Positions 1 through 11,835 of a stretch of 64,000 nt of DNA are shown here, one piece after another (the stretch's first letter is position 1; each line of letters begins with the position of its first letter). A program made the translations under genes and the position numbers. Source of the stretch: Spirochaetota bacterium (lineage in GTDB: Bacteria; Spirochaetota; UBA4802; UBA5550); assembly GCA_963663865.1 (NCBI GenBank), contig OY760686.1, positions 128,001 to 192,000 of the forward strand, read 5' to 3'. The notes beneath the pieces are model-generated. The model had not been told where the DNA came from and ran no database searches. It saw only the letters and a program-made list of their open reading frames with translations.

Positions 1-56
1 AACAACCCGCTTTACAGCTAAGCGGTTACAATACGCAAAACATAAGCAGGATTATT

Positions 57-260
57 ATGCCTTTCATAAAAATTGAAGGCGTTACAGGAAAGGTCTTTGT
101 CCCCGAGAGCGGCCCGGCAACCCCGAAGAAACACAACTGCCCGGACTGTCATTCCTGCGCCTTCTGCAGCGATGAAAGATGTTCACTCTGCCTTGGTAAA
201 AAAACAAAGAAGGAGCCTTGCAAATGTCCAAATTCGAACCCATCAAACCATCAGAAATAA
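57..260 (+). CDS. small Cys-rich hypothetical protein
   Basis: AGGA RBS-like motif before ATG; CPDCHSCAFCSDERCSLC cluster; overlaps start of next gene. Confidence 0.6.
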   Translation: MPFIKIEGVTGKVFVPESGPATPKKHNCPDCHSCAFCSDERCSLCLGKKTKKEPCKCPNSNPSNHQK

Positions 261-736
261 CACCTGATCCGTTCAGTTTAATAGGCGAAAACTGGGGCCT
301 GGTGACGGCCGGAACAGAGGAAAATGCCAATACCATGACTGTTTCCTGGGGCTCTCTGGGCTTTTTGTGGAATATGCCGATATGCAACATCTACATAAGG
401 CCTGAACGCTACACATATCAGTTCACTGAATCAGAGAATCTTTTCACATTATCCTTTCTGCCGTCTGAATTCCGGAAAGCCCTTCAGTTCTGCGGATCTG
501 AAACAGGAAGAGGCCGAAACAAGATTTCAGACGCCGGTCTAAGTGCGATTAAACTTGAAAATGGTGGCATTGGAATCACTCAGGCAAACCTGATAATAGA
601 ATGTGAAAAGATCTACTACAACGACCTTATTCCGGACAATTTTCTCTCCAGCGATATAAACAAATTCTATGAGAGTCATGGCATTCACAGAATGTACACC
701 GGAAGAATTTTGAGCTGTTTAAGGGCCACTCATTGA
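224..736 (+). CDS. flavin reductase-like (FMN-binding split barrel) protein
   Basis: LVTAG...NTMTVSWGSLG...YIRPERYT...FTLSF...CGSETGR motifs; AGGAG at 211-215 supports ATG 224. Confidence 0.85.
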   Translation: MSKFEPIKPSEITPDPFSLIGENWGLVTAGTEENANTMTVSWGSLGFLWNMPICNIYIRPERYTYQFTESENLFTLSFLPSEFRKALQFCGSETGRGRNKISDAGLSAIKLENGGIGITQANLIIECEKIYYNDLIPDNFLSSDINKFYESHGIHRMYTGRILSCLRATH

Positions 737-2124
737 GCATCGGACAGCCCATTTCACAGGCGTCACGGCATCAGGCTGGCTCATACAGACGTGACCTTGG
801 TCTTACGGGTGCAACAGCTATCGTTATTGGGCGGATAATCGGTTCCGGGATATTCAGAACCCCCGCCCCCATCATGGCTCTTGTCGGAGCAACATCGCTG
901 TTTGGGCTTGTATGGGTTATAGGCGGGCTTGTTACGATCTTCGGCGCGGTATGTTACGCTGAACTGGTAGCTATGATGCCTGAATCAGGAGGGCCCTACG
1001 TCTACCTCAGAGAGGCGTACCATCCAGTCTGGGCCTTCCTGCGTGGGTGGGCCATGTTCTTTGTCTCAGAAACCGCCGCTATAGCCGCGGTGGCCATAGT
1101 CTTCGCCGAGTACACAGGCTCCCTGCTTCAGCTATCGACAGGAACGGCGCTCCCGGGCTGGGCAATAACAGCGCTTGCCCTCTTCGCCATATGGATGCTT
1201 ACCGCAATCAACCTTTTCGGTGTTGCTCTCAGCGGACGATTTCAAACGGTGATAAGTTCATTCAAGGTCCTCGCCCTCGGAGCTATAGTCGGCATTGCAT
1301 TCTGCTCCGATGGAAGCACATCAAACTTCAGTTCACCTTTCTGGCCTGACAGCTTCGGCTGGGAAACAATACTCGCGGTAGGCGCCGCGCTTCGCTATTC
1401 ATTCTTCGCTTTCAGCGGCTGGGAAGGAGCGACATATGTTGCGGAAGAGGTAAAAAACCCGTCAAAAAACCTGCCCCTCTCGCTCTTTCTCGGAATAGGC
1501 GGAGTTATGCTTCTCTATGCCGGCGTCAACTCGGCATACATTTACCTCCTGCCGCCTGACCAGATTGCCGTCTCAGAGCGTGTCGCGTCAAGGGCTATGG
1601 ATACAGCAATCGGCGCCACGGGAGGCATTCTGATATCCGCGGCCATTATCATAAATACATTCGGTAACGTCAGCACACAGATTCTCTGCAAGGCCAGAAC
1701 CTGGCAGGCAATGGCAAGAGACGGGGCCTTTTTCAAAAAACTCGCTCCTCTTCATCCCGAGTACGGGACGCCAAATAACGCGCTGATCGCACAGGCCGCA
1801 TGGGCAACAATCCTTCTCATTTTCGCGTCTACTCGTTCGGACACCTACGAAACAATAATATCATTTTTCGCGGCAACCGGCACAGTCTTCAATATCTTGA
1901 CCTTCATGTCAGTGTTTGTACTCAGAAAGAAGTACCCGCATCTGCACCGGCCTTACCGGGCATGGCTCTATCCGTACAGCCTCATAGCAGTCAGCCTGTT
2001 ATACGCTGCGTTTCTCATATTGACATTGTTCACTGCGCTGCTTCCGTCGCTGCTTGGAATTGCAATAACATCTACCGGACTGATATATTATTACCGGTTC
2101 AAAATCAGAGAGGTTTTCAAATAA
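733..2124 (+). CDS. APC-family amino acid permease
   Basis: IIGSGIF, YAELVAMMPESGGPYVYL, FSGWEGATYVAEEVKNP; about 12 hydrophobic segments. Confidence 0.92.
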   Translation: MSIGQPISQASRHQAGSYRRDLGLTGATAIVIGRIIGSGIFRTPAPIMALVGATSLFGLVWVIGGLVTIFGAVCYAELVAMMPESGGPYVYLREAYHPVWAFLRGWAMFFVSETAAIAAVAIVFAEYTGSLLQLSTGTALPGWAITALALFAIWMLTAINLFGVALSGRFQTVISSFKVLALGAIVGIAFCSDGSTSNFSSPFWPDSFGWETILAVGAALRYSFFAFSGWEGATYVAEEVKNPSKNLPLSLFLGIGGVMLLYAGVNSAYIYLLPPDQIAVSERVASRAMDTAIGATGGILISAAIIINTFGNVSTQILCKARTWQAMARDGAFFKKLAPLHPEYGTPNNALIAQAAWATILLIFASTRSDTYETIISFFAATGTVFNILTFMSVFVLRKKYPHLHRPYRAWLYPYSLIAVSLLYAAFLILTLFTALLPSLLGIAITSTGLIYYYRFKIREVFK

Positions 2125-2231
2125 TTTTTTTGGGGGATGATATCAACCCGAACAGCAAGTCTATTCGCATGCTCTGCACCTCACATGCCGTGATGAATTC
2201 TTTTGACAATGCATATCAAATTCAACACAAC

Positions 2232-2263
2232 AAAAAAGGTCCCGGAAACCCGGAACCTTTTTT
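2232..2263. terminator. bidirectional intrinsic terminator
   Basis: AAAAAAGGTCCCGG-AAAC-CCGGAACCTTTTTT between convergent genes. Confidence 0.75.
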
Positions 2264-2316
2264 AATAATCCAAAAAGCTATTTAATCAAGCAGGCAGTCT
2301 CTTACAGAAACCGCTT

Positions 2317-2877
2317 CTATTTAGCAACTTTTTCAACCGATACAATCTCCACAGGTTCAATCGGAACGTTCTGATGGAACCCTACTGTGTCTGTAGGAAC
2401 CTGACGAATTGCATCAACAACATCCATCCCGCCGGTAACCTCTCCGAACACGCAGTAACCGAAATCCCTCTTTCCATTATCAAGAAAAGGATTATCCACC
2501 ACATTAATAAAAAACTGGGAAGTCGCGCTGTCGACCTGCTGTGTTCTCGCCATTGCAAGCGTTCCGCGGCGGTTTTTAAGGCCGTTTTCAGCTTCGTTTT
2601 TTATAGGCGCGGCTGTTTGTTTCTGCATCATTTCAGCGGTAAAGCCTCCGCCCTGCACCATGAAATTCGGTATCACCCTGTGAAAAATAGTCCCATTATA
2701 AAAACCGCTTTCCGCGTATGACAGAAAATTCTTCACAGTAATCGGAGACTCATTGTCAAACAGCTCAACATAGATATCTCCCTTAGTTGTTTTAATTACA
2801 ACATTAGTGTTGTTCTTCTTGCAAGCAGACAATGACATCAGCAGCACTCCCGCAATAATTAGTAATTTCTTCATCAT
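2317..2877 (-). CDS. ppiA: cyclophilin-type peptidyl-prolyl isomerase, lipoprotein
   Basis: [37 protein letters not shown]; lipobox LSAC. Confidence 0.9.
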   Translation of the reverse strand: MMKKLLIIAGVLLMSLSACKKNNTNVVIKTTKGDIYVELFDNESPITVKNFLSYAESGFYNGTIFHRVIPNFMVQGGGFTAEMMQKQTAAPIKNEAENGLKNRRGTLAMARTQQVDSATSQFFINVVDNPFLDNGKRDFGYCVFGEVTGGMDVVDAIRQVPTDTVGFHQNVPIEPVEIVSVEKVAK

Positions 2878-3131
2878 TCAACTCCAGGGATTGGTCTAGA
2901 GCCGGACCGACCGGCAGCGGCCTCCAGAAGACAGGGCCGGCAATTGAGCTATTCAATACAAGCCGGCAATTTTAGTCAATAAAATTCAGCATTATTTTTT
3001 AAGCTTTGTACGGAACGCTTATTGAGTGTTTTCTCTCCGGCAGGCTTATCTTTCCGGCGGATAAAGCCTGTAATCTGACCCGGCACATCCGCCTTCACTT
3101 GCGCCCGACGACATTGGAAGCCTGAGAACTC

Positions 3132-3977
3132 TCACTTGAACTTCATGGACAGATCAAACGCTTTTACTGAATGAGTAAGCGCCCCCGAAGAAATGTAATC
3201 CACCTCAAGGCTTCTCAACTCATCAATGCTCCTGGCATCGACGTTGCCCGAAATCTCAATCTTTGCCCTGCCGGCAATATTCTCCGCGGCCAGACTCATT
3301 TGGGCGTTGTCCATATTGTCCAGCATAATTATTGATGCGCCGGCGTCGGCAGCTTCTGATGCCTCTTCCGGGGTTGCTGTCTCAACCTCAATTGTATACC
3401 TGTTGCCGTATTTCTCTCTGACCATGTCCACGGCTTTTGATATTGAACCTGCCGCCTTTATATGATTGTCCTTTATCATTACCATATCGAACAGGCCCAT
3501 TCTGTGATTTGTTCCGCCTCCGCATTTAACAGCGTACTTGTCAAGCGCTCTGAATCCGGGAACCGTCTTGCGGGTATCAAGTATTCTTATACGCGTACCC
3601 TGAAGATGCATCACCATTACATTCGCCTTCGTGGCTATTCCAGACATCCTCTGCATGAAGTTCAACACTATTCTCTCACCCATGAGGACAGACCTGGTAG
3701 CCCCTGATATGCTCATAATTATGTCCCCCGGAGAAACCTCCGCACCGTCCTCCTGAAAGGGAATAATTCTCACCTGCGGATCAATCCGGGCATAAACCGC
3801 GGCCGCGACATCTACACCGCAGATTATCCCTCTGTCCTTTGATTCAATATATGCCTCTGATCTATGCTCCTCAGAGAAAATAGCTTCAGAAGTAATATCC
3901 CCCGAAGAAATATCCTCTTCAAGTGCAAGTGAAATCAGTTCATTCAGTCTCGGAGAAACCTTATGCAGGTCAGTCAT
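3132..3977 (-). CDS. nadC: nicotinate-nucleotide diphosphorylase (carboxylating)
   Basis: [36 protein letters not shown] motifs. Confidence 0.96.
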   Translation of the reverse strand: MTDLHKVSPRLNELISLALEEDISSGDITSEAIFSEEHRSEAYIESKDRGIICGVDVAAAVYARIDPQVRIIPFQEDGAEVSPGDIIMSISGATRSVLMGERIVLNFMQRMSGIATKANVMVMHLQGTRIRILDTRKTVPGFRALDKYAVKCGGGTNHRMGLFDMVMIKDNHIKAAGSISKAVDMVREKYGNRYTIEVETATPEEASEAADAGASIIMLDNMDNAQMSLAAENIAGRAKIEISGNVDARSIDELRSLEVDYISSGALTHSVKAFDLSMKFK

Positions 3978-5995
3978 CTTTTCCTTCCTTTTCCGGCTTT
4001 TTTCAGCAGATTAAGCCTCTTTTCAACATCAACCATCTGGTCTCTAAGTGCGGCAGCTTTTTCAAACTCCATCTCACCCGCAGCCGCGAGCATGTCTTCC
4101 TTGAGCCTGCTCCTGAGAGCCTCAAGGTCTTCGGCAGAACCGGTTCTGTATTCGGATGTGTATTCCGCGACATTGCTTATGTAGCTGTTCTCAGCGATAT
4201 ACTCCCGCTCAAGAATATCCTTTATTTCCTTCACAATAGATTCAGGTACAATGCCGTGCTTCAGATTATGCTCTTCCTGTATTTTACGGCGCCTGTTGGT
4301 TTCGTCAATCGCCTTTTGCATCGATTCAGTTATCTTATCGGCATACATTATTACGCGCCCTTCAACATTTCTTGCGGCACGTCCGGCTGTCTGAATCAGA
4401 GAGCGTTCCGACCGCAGGAAACCTTCCTTATCCGCGTCGAGAATCGCTACGAGCGAAACCTCAGGAATATCAAGGCCTTCACGCAGAAGGTTAATCCCGA
4501 CAAGGCATTCGAACTCGCCCTTTCTGAGATCCTTGATAATTTCAACCCTCTCAATCGTATTTATCTCAGAGTGAAGGTACCGGGCCTTGACCCCGGCATT
4601 GTTAAGGTAATCGGTAAGATCTTCGGCCATCTTCTTGGTCAATGTTGTCACAAGAGTTCTCCGGCCTTTCAAGGCCTCAGCTGAGGTCTCCGCGATCAGG
4701 TCATCAACCTGTGTTCTGGCCGGCCTGACTTCAATCTGCGGATCGAGCAGTCCCGTAGGCCTGATTACCTGCTCAACTACTGTGGAAGACTTTTTCATTT
4801 CGTAATCAGCCGGTGTGGCTGAAACAAAGACTGCCTGCTTGATTATATTCTCGAACTCTTCGAAATAGAGAGGCCTGTTATCCAGGGCCGAAGGCAGACG
4901 GAACCCATACTCAACCAGATTTTCCTTCCGTGACCTGTCTCCCGCGAACATTCCTCTGACCTGAGGTAAAGTGACATGAGACTCATCCACAAAGAGCACA
5001 AAATCCCCTCTGAAGTAGTCGAAAAGGCATGCTGGACGCTCTCCGGGCTTTCTCCTTGCGATTATTCTCGAGTAGTTTTCAATACCGTTGCAGTAACCTG
5101 CCTCCATCAGCATATCAATGTCATAGCGGGTTTTTGTTTCAAGCCTCTGTGCTTCAAGGAGCCTGCCAGCTGACCTGAAGTATTCCAGCCTCTCCTGAAG
5201 CTCCTCGTCAATGAGCCTGACGGTCTCCTCCATCTCTTCAGGAGAAGACACAAAGTGTTTGGCCGGATACACAAAGCAATCTTCTATACCCTTTATTGTG
5301 TTTCCAGAAACGGGATCAATTACAGATATCCTTTCGATCTCATCTCCGAAAAACTCAATCCTCAGGGCCTCATGCTGCAGATACGCCGGATAAATATCAA
5401 CGGTGTCACCCCGAACCCGGAAGGTTCCCCTCGTGAAGGATACGCTGTTTCTCTCATAGTAAATGCCTACAAGTTTTCTAAGAAGCTCATCGCGGTCAAA
5501 TTCATCGCCCGCCCTTAATCTGATATGCCTCTTCTCAAAATCTCCAGGAGTACCAAGGCCATAAATACAGGAAACCGATGAAACAACAATGACATCATCT
5601 CTTTCAAGAATCGACGAGGTTGCTTTAAGACGAAGCCTCTCAATCTCATCGTTAATCGATGCGTCCTTTTCAATGTAAATATCTGAAGATACGACATACG
5701 CCTCGGGCTGATAGTAATCGTAATAGGAGACAAAGTATTCTACGGCATTTTCAGGAAAGAATTCGCTGAACTCACGGTAAAGCTGAGCCGCAAGTGTCTT
5801 ATTGTGAGTTAAAATCAGTGCGGGTTTACCGATCTTTTCGATCGATTTGGCCATTGTATAGGTTTTACCCGAACCCGTGACTCCCACGAGTGTCACCCTG
5901 CTTTCTCCAGAAATAAGGCTGGAAGAAATCCTTTCAATGGCCTGTGCCTGATCGCCAGCCGGCTTATATGATGATACTACCTTGAATTCGCTCAT
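3974..5995 (-). CDS. uvrB: excinuclease ABC subunit B
   Basis: [37 protein letters not shown]-terminal UVR domain. Confidence 0.99.
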   Translation of the reverse strand: MSEFKVVSSYKPAGDQAQAIERISSSLISGESRVTLVGVTGSGKTYTMAKSIEKIGKPALILTHNKTLAAQLYREFSEFFPENAVEYFVSYYDYYQPEAYVVSSDIYIEKDASINDEIERLRLKATSSILERDDVIVVSSVSCIYGLGTPGDFEKRHIRLRAGDEFDRDELLRKLVGIYYERNSVSFTRGTFRVRGDTVDIYPAYLQHEALRIEFFGDEIERISVIDPVSGNTIKGIEDCFVYPAKHFVSSPEEMEETVRLIDEELQERLEYFRSAGRLLEAQRLETKTRYDIDMLMEAGYCNGIENYSRIIARRKPGERPACLFDYFRGDFVLFVDESHVTLPQVRGMFAGDRSRKENLVEYGFRLPSALDNRPLYFEEFENIIKQAVFVSATPADYEMKKSSTVVEQVIRPTGLLDPQIEVRPARTQVDDLIAETSAEALKGRRTLVTTLTKKMAEDLTDYLNNAGVKARYLHSEINTIERVEIIKDLRKGEFECLVGINLLREGLDIPEVSLVAILDADKEGFLRSERSLIQTAGRAARNVEGRVIMYADKITESMQKAIDETNRRRKIQEEHNLKHGIVPESIVKEIKDILEREYIAENSYISNVAEYTSEYRTGSAEDLEALRSRLKEDMLAAAGEMEFEKAAALRDQMVDVEKRLNLLKKAGKGRKR

Positions 5996-6018
5996 GCTAA
6001 CAGAGAATAAAGAAGAAC

Positions 6019-6453
6019 CTACCTGCCAAGTATTTTTTTCTTTATGCCGGGCTCTCTGAATTCAATAATTACTTCGCAAATCCCGGTTTCGGCATCATAG
6101 GTTTTCTTTAACTCGGTCCCATTCCTGATTGTTCCGGAAAATGACGAACCAGCTTCATTTTTTTCTGCAGTTACCGAATCTGATGCCGCATCCTGACCAC
6201 CGCCATGGCTCATAACGTGCCCCAGGGCGGCAAGCTTCGCCGCGGCGCAGGCGGATTCATGTCTCTGGATCTCATTCATCTGCGAACCGTCACCCTTAGC
6301 CCTGCCATACGCCTTCACACGGTAGATATCATCCCCAACAAAATCGCCCGAAGGTTCAAGTCCTCTCCCGGATAGGTTTCTGTCATTCGCGCAAAAGATT
6401 AACACTCCCGAGGCAAGCAAAATCATAACAATCGCAATTCCTTTCAGTTTCAT
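6019..6453 (-). CDS. LipL21/LPP20-like lipoprotein
   Basis: spirochaetal lipobox LIFC; YRVKAYG...[14 protein letters not shown]...CEVIIEF resembles 8253..8708. Confidence 0.6.
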   Translation of the reverse strand: MKLKGIAIVMILLASGVLIFCANDRNLSGRGLEPSGDFVGDDIYRVKAYGRAKGDGSQMNEIQRHESACAAAKLAALGHVMSHGGGQDAASDSVTAEKNEAGSSFSGTIRNGTELKKTYDAETGICEVIIEFREPGIKKKILGR

Positions 6454-6471
6454 AATATCTCTCCAATTGGT

Positions 6472-7611
6472 TTATGAGCTGGTTACGCGGTTTCTTCCGG
6501 CTCCCTTCGATTCGTACAGGGCTTTATCTGCCAGATCAATCATCTCAATAACATCAGCAGGATTTGACTCGGGATATGACGCGACTCCAACAGAAACAGT
6601 AACTTTAAAAGACTCTCCGCTGAAAACAACGGGCATTGCTTCGATACGCTGCCTCAGCCTCTCGGCGAATGCGGCCGCGTCCGATGCCCCTGTTTCAGGT
6701 AGAATTACCGCAAACTCCTCTCCTCCATATCGGCAGGGGATATCGGCCGCCCTGCAGGTAGTTCGAATGCAGTCAGCCACCGCGCAGATTACCGCGTCTC
6801 CAGCCTGATGTCCGTAGTCATCATTAAACTTCTTGAAAAAGTCGATATCCGCCATTACGAGGGAAAGCCCCCTGTTAAACCTTCTGCACCTTTCAAACTC
6901 TTCAGACAGCCTTTCTCTGAAGTATTTATGTATGTATAGCCTGGTCATACCGTCTCTAATAGCCATGTTATAGAGCTCTGCATTTTTGATAGCAATCGCG
7001 GACTGTGTGGAAATGTACTGCATTATCCTGAGATCAAACGCGTCAAATTGACCGTTCCTTTTGTTTATTCCTTCGATGACTCCGATAATCTCGTCATCAA
7101 CGCTCAGAGGAACAGCAATAATTGAGTTTGTGACAACATTTGAGCGCACATCGGCTTTGTTAGAAAATCTCGGGTCTGCTGCCGGATCGCTTACAATCAG
7201 AGGAGTCCCGTTTGCCCATACAGATCCGGCTATTCCTTCGCCCTTTCTGAGTCCGGTACCCTTCAGCATCCCGGCCTCCTCCTCGCGGCTTAACACAGCG
7301 AACTTTAAAAGAGAGTCATCTTTATCGACCAGAAGCATACTGCTTCTTTCACAGTTAAGAAGATCACGGGTCTGCTGAAGAATCCGCTCGAGAACTTCAG
7401 TTTTTTCGAGAGAATTGGTTATATAGGTGTTTATACTGATTACTCTGTCGAGCTTATCTATAGACTGATTGAGCTCAAGTATAAGCCGTCTGTACTGTTC
7501 AATAAGACTGCATTCGCTGTCGGGCGTAACTCCGTCAGACCGGGAAATAACGCCCGCAAAGAGCTGTCTAACCGGCTGAATACCTGATGTGTTAAGATAT
7601 TTCTTTTTCAT
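6472..7611 (-). CDS. GAF-GGDEF diguanylate cyclase
   Basis: GEGIAGSV GAF motif; DIDFFKKFNDDYGHQAGD, RxxD (RAAD) I-site, RYGGEEF; start taken at MKKKY. Confidence 0.93.
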   Translation of the reverse strand: MKKKYLNTSGIQPVRQLFAGVISRSDGVTPDSECSLIEQYRRLILELNQSIDKLDRVISINTYITNSLEKTEVLERILQQTRDLLNCERSSMLLVDKDDSLLKFAVLSREEEAGMLKGTGLRKGEGIAGSVWANGTPLIVSDPAADPRFSNKADVRSNVVTNSIIAVPLSVDDEIIGVIEGINKRNGQFDAFDLRIMQYISTQSAIAIKNAELYNMAIRDGMTRLYIHKYFRERLSEEFERCRRFNRGLSLVMADIDFFKKFNDDYGHQAGDAVICAVADCIRTTCRAADIPCRYGGEEFAVILPETGASDAAAFAERLRQRIEAMPVVFSGESFKVTVSVGVASYPESNPADVIEMIDLADKALYESKGAGRNRVTSS

Positions 7612-7712
7612 TTTGAGCCTATCGGTTAAATATAGATAAATTTTTCTATTCGTCAACAGAAAAGACAAATTATCCTCTCTATTCCAGCATAGTCTTTCTA
7701 CACCGGATGACA

Positions 7713-7790
7713 AATTTTATTTTTATTTATTATTTATTATTTATTTATGATTTTTGTTGACAGATTCCAGCAACTCAAATTATATGACAT
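7713..7790 (+). promoter_or_regulatory. sigma70-type promoter with AT-rich UP-like element for the 5S rRNA pair
   Basis: TTATT-rich tract followed by TTGACA (7757-7762); the -10 is imperfect. Confidence 0.5.
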
Positions 7791-7807
7791 TCATTGGATG
7801 AAATGAT

Positions 7808-7925
<118 letters not shown>

Positions 7926-7996
7926 TTTTATATATATCAGGGCTCACGCCCTTGCAATCATCTTTTTTACGGGCTTAGGCCCTTCTTTGAAACGAT

Positions 7997-8114
<118 letters not shown>

Positions 8115-8173
8115 TTTTATATATATTTAAAAGGGCATACGCCCTCGACATCTATCATAATATCATATATAAC

Positions 8174-8203
8174 AAAAAAAGAACCCATTCAGGGTTCTTT
8201 TTT
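8174..8203. terminator. bidirectional intrinsic terminator
   Basis: AAAAAAAGAACCC-ATTCA-GGGTTCTTTTTTT. Confidence 0.85.
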
Positions 8204-8252
8204 TATTGATACCGTCTGGTGAAATTCAATTGAATTTCATTTACTCAGGGAA

Positions 8253-8708
8253 TTACTCCCAGCTTGCTGCCTGTACCTTCTTCTTCAGGCCATTAGCTTT
8301 TACTTCATAGATAATTTCACAGTTATCTTCAGCATCATAGGTTACTTTTGTAACTGATCCGCCTTTAACAACACCCTGTACTTCCTGAGCAACAGCCATT
8401 CCTGTCATTTCAAAGTCAGACATTCCGGCAGCTCCTTCAATTTTTGAGCCTTTGAACTTCTCAAGGACCTGGTACTGAGCGTTAAGAATTGCAGCTCTCT
8501 TTGCGCTCTCTCTTCTCTGGATCTTGTTTGTTAGAGTTCTCTTTGGAACGCCGGCAGCGGCTATTCTGTAAGTGTTCTCATCAATCCAGCCCTCTGTTTT
8601 ATAACTCTGGCCCTCAACTGTTCCGCCTATCCTGCTTCCACCGCAAGATGAAAGTGTCATTGCCAGTACGGCTGAAAGTACAACAGCAAACGCAAGAAAC
8701 TTTTTCAT
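8253..8708 (-). CDS. LipL21-like lipoprotein
   Basis: lipobox LSSC; EGW...IEGAAGMSDFEMTGMAVAQEVQGVVKG...CEIIYEV resembles Leptospira LipL21 as I recall it. Confidence 0.7.
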   Translation of the reverse strand: MKKFLAFAVVLSAVLAMTLSSCGGSRIGGTVEGQSYKTEGWIDENTYRIAAAGVPKRTLTNKIQRRESAKRAAILNAQYQVLEKFKGSKIEGAAGMSDFEMTGMAVAQEVQGVVKGGSVTKVTYDAEDNCEIIYEVKANGLKKKVQAASWE

Positions 8709-9088
8709 TAAGAATCCTCCTGATGTATTAAAAAAGTTTGTAGAATAGTAATGAAAAAATAAATAAGCATGATAAAATCATGCTCTATTTCTGCTATTTT
8801 TTCATTTCTCGGTATCGCTGAACATATTACCCACATTTCCGGGCAGCGTCAACACTAAATTCCTTTTTTTTACTCTGAACGCCCTCTAAAATATCATGGT
8901 GTTAATGGTTTACCACACCTCCCGAAAGTTTGTATTTTGATGATCCTGGCTGTTAACCAAAATAAAATACAAGCGCCTTTATTAATTTTTCCCAGATATT
9001 GACATAATCTCCGAAATGTTATTGTACTCACACAGAAGCCCGGCTATAGTCCATGAGACTCGAAGCCGCTCAAAATTGGAGGTATTCA

Positions 9089-9499
9089 ATGAATGCAGCA
9101 AAGACATTAATCCTGACAGCCCTTCTGGCAGGCCTTGCATTATCCTGCAAAACGGCTGAACCCGTGGAAGTCAAGCCAGCAGAGTCAGCCCCTGAGGCTG
9201 AACCAGCCCCCGAGCAGATAAAAACGGGATGGTCAGATGAAAATACATACACTGTATCAGCGACCGGATCTGACAGCTACAGTGCCAGAAGAGCAGCAGA
9301 GCACCGTATATTGAAGGACATTGTCAATGTCCGTGTGCGCAACAACAGCCGGTTCACTGACATCACAAGGATAAGAGACGAATTCAGCAAACCCCTGAGA
9401 GATGGAATTATCCTGCGTGAAGAAAAAATCAGCGATGGTGTAAAAATATACTTCCAGATAACAGATGAAGGACTGAAGCAGAAGTTTCAGAGGAAATAA
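9089..9499 (+). CDS. LipL21/LPP20-like lipoprotein
   Basis: GGAGG RBS; lipobox LSC; KTGWSDENTY matches KTEGWIDENTY of the divergent neighbour. Confidence 0.6.
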   Translation: MNAAKTLILTALLAGLALSCKTAEPVEVKPAESAPEAEPAPEQIKTGWSDENTYTVSATGSDSYSARRAAEHRILKDIVNVRVRNNSRFTDITRIRDEFSKPLRDGIILREEKISDGVKIYFQITDEGLKQKFQRK

Positions 9500-9509
9500 A
9501 TACCGGGGA

Positions 9510-10145
9510 TTAGACGACAATGACTCTTCGGCCTTCCACCCTCAGTCTGTCTTCACAGAAGAGCCTGACTGCCTCAGGAAGTATCCTGTGCTCTTCATTG
9601 AGTATCTTTGCCGCCAGTGTCCTCTCGGTATCGTCAGAGGACACCGCCACCGCTCCCTGAGCAATAATCGGGCCGGTATCGGTTCCCTCATCTATAAAAT
9701 GGGCGGTGCACCCGGCGACCTTCACGCCGTATTCGACCGCCTGTTTCTGGGCGTTGACTCCCGGAAATGATGGAAGCAGGGCCGGATGGATGTTGATAAT
9801 CCTGTCGCGGAAATGCCTTACGAAACGAGGAGTCAAAATCCTCATATAACCGGCAGCGACAACAAGATTGGTCCCCGCTTCTTCAAGAACCTCAATCATC
9901 CGCTCCTCGTGCTCGTCCCTTGACGGGTACTCGCGGGGGTCAATACAAAGCGCTCTGACTCCGATTCTTGCCGCAAGCTCAAGCGCGCCCGCATTCGGCT
10001 TATCTGAAATCAGGATTCCGGTTACGGCATTGATTTTCCCGCGCTGAATTTCTCCGGCAACCGCTTTAAAATTTGATCCTCTACCGGAAACCAGAAAAGA
10101 AACAGTCTTCTGAGGCAGTCCGGCGTTTCTCTTAAAAAATCCCAT
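9510..10145 (-). CDS. purN: phosphoribosylglycinamide formyltransferase
   Basis: SGRGSN, AGYMRIL, INIHPALLPSFPG, DEGTDTGPII. Confidence 0.96.
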   Translation of the reverse strand: MGFFKRNAGLPQKTVSFLVSGRGSNFKAVAGEIQRGKINAVTGILISDKPNAGALELAARIGVRALCIDPREYPSRDEHEERMIEVLEEAGTNLVVAAGYMRILTPRFVRHFRDRIINIHPALLPSFPGVNAQKQAVEYGVKVAGCTAHFIDEGTDTGPIIAQGAVAVSSDDTERTLAAKILNEEHRILPEAVRLFCEDRLRVEGRRVIVV

Positions 10146-10815
10146 TTTCAGCTCCGTACTGTCTGAAATATTCCCTGATACGTTCCATCATTTCATCATC
10201 TATAATAACTTTTCCGTCAATCTCCCGGTTGTACAGATACTCAACGACTTCTTTTACGGTCACAACGGGCAGAACCCTGATATTGAATTCCTTCTCAATC
10301 TCGCTAACGGCAGAAAGCTCGCCGGTCCCCCTCTCCATTCGGTCCACTGAAATCACAATTGCTTTAATATCGGTACATCCCGCGGCGTTTATTACCGGAA
10401 CGCTCTCTCTGACAGATGTGCCCGCCGTTACAACGTCCTCGACGATAACAGTCCTAGTACCCGCGGCAGGCTTCATCCCAATAAGATCACCGCCCTCTCC
10501 GTGGTCCTTTGTCTCCTTCCTGTTGAAGCAAAATCCCTTTTCAAGGCCGTAAAGCCGGCTGAGAGAGGAAGCCGCTGCGACGGCAAGGGGAATCCCCTTG
10601 TAGGCCGGGCCGTATAGAAGATCGAACCCGTCACCGAGGCTTGTATAGATGCATTCGGCATAGAAGTCCCCCAGCCTTGAAATTTGGCTGCCCGTCCTGT
10701 AGTTTCCAGTGTTTATGAAAAAAGGTGTTTTCCGCCCGCTCTTCGTCACAAAGTCTCCAAAAGTCAACACGCCTGATTCAACCATGAACTCGATGAATTT
10801 CTGTTTATAGCTCAT
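10132..10815 (-). CDS. pyrE: orotate phosphoribosyltransferase
   Basis: FGDFVTKSGRKTPFFIN, GPAYKGIPL, RKETKDHGEGG, VEDVVTAGTS. Confidence 0.96.
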   Translation of the reverse strand: MSYKQKFIEFMVESGVLTFGDFVTKSGRKTPFFINTGNYRTGSQISRLGDFYAECIYTSLGDGFDLLYGPAYKGIPLAVAAASSLSRLYGLEKGFCFNRKETKDHGEGGDLIGMKPAAGTRTVIVEDVVTAGTSVRESVPVINAAGCTDIKAIVISVDRMERGTGELSAVSEIEKEFNIRVLPVVTVKEVVEYLYNREIDGKVIIDDEMMERIREYFRQYGAENGIF

Positions 10816-10836
10816 TTTACAAACTCCTGTCCTGTC

Positions 10837-11835
10837 TTATATTCTCAGTCGATTGAGCTCAGTATCTGATATGGGGGATACAGCCTTCAATGTTTCAAGC
10901 AGCTTACCGTCTCTGAAAACTCCTACCATTCCCCCGTCAAGCTCGTGTTTTCCGTATCTCGCTGCAACAGCTACAATCAACTCTTTAAGCTCTTCGCGAC
11001 CCTCACCGGCCGCAAGAATAACCGGCCCGGGGAACTCCGGCTCAAAAACAATGTATTCCGTCCCGGCATGACTTTGAAGGATACTGTTTTCATCCTCATT
11101 CCTGCCCACAATTATCCTCACCTGACTTGAAAACCTGAAATGCCTGCCCACTGACGCGAGAAATATATCGGTCTCTGAGCATCGGCCTCCGCTTGCGAGC
11201 AAATCCCTGATTCTCTTCGAAATATTAGGATCAGTAAAGAGACACCCGCCTGCCGGACTTGAAAAGCTCTTTATCCCGTATTCCGCTGCAAGCTCTAACT
11301 GCCTTGAACGTCCCCTTCCGCTGATAGCGTGCAGCTTTTCCCTGTCGACAAGCCCCTCTCTTTCGGGAATTGTCTCGGGCAGGATTCGGGCTGACAGCGG
11401 CCTCAAGAGCCTTCCTTCCAATCCCGACTCCTTGATAATATGAAGCAGGGTGTTCTTAAGCTGCGACATCGGCCTCTGCCCAACCACCTCTCCCGTTGCT
11501 ATAAAACGAGCTCCGGTCTCGCGCATGTATTCCGCCGCCTTCTTCAAAAAGAATATGTGGCAATCTATGCAGGGGTTGATATTCTTCCCATAACCATGCG
11601 GCGGATTCTTCAACATCTCAATATACTCTTCACCGCAGCGGTGAAAAACAAGATCCAGTCCGATCTCCTTCGCGAAAGCGGCTATTTCTGTCTGAGTGCA
11701 GTCAGCCTGCGGAGATACGAAGGGCAAGACACAGTGAAAACCCGCTATTTTGAGCCCCTGATCAATCAAAATCCTGGCGGCAAGTAGACTGTCCAGACCG
11801 CCTGAATAAAGTAAAATTCCATCGTAATTTCCCAT
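10837..11835 (-). CDS. PP-loop tRNA thiolation-type enzyme (ThiI/MnmA-like)
   Basis: LYSGGLDS, NPCIDC, TGEVVGQRPMSQ, LLRPLSA, PAGGC. Confidence 0.8.
   Translation of the reverse strand: MGNYDGILLYSGGLDSLLAARILIDQGLKIAGFHCVLPFVSPQADCTQTEIAAFAKEIGLDLVFHRCGEEYIEMLKNPPHGYGKNINPCIDCHIFFLKKAAEYMRETGARFIATGEVVGQRPMSQLKNTLLHIIKESGLEGRLLRPLSARILPETIPEREGLVDREKLHAISGRGRSRQLELAAEYGIKSFSSPAGGCLFTDPNISKRIRDLLASGGRCSETDIFLASVGRHFRFSSQVRIIVGRNEDENSILQSHAGTEYIVFEPEFPGPVILAAGEGREELKELIVAVAARYGKHELDGGMVGVFRDGKLLETLKAVSPISDTELNRLRI

Noticed and set aside
2902-2914. 13-mer CCGGACCGACCGG shared with 15789-15801
   Set aside because: Short and GC-rich, in opposite orientation relative to the downstream genes; may be chance, and no riboswitch consensus was recognised
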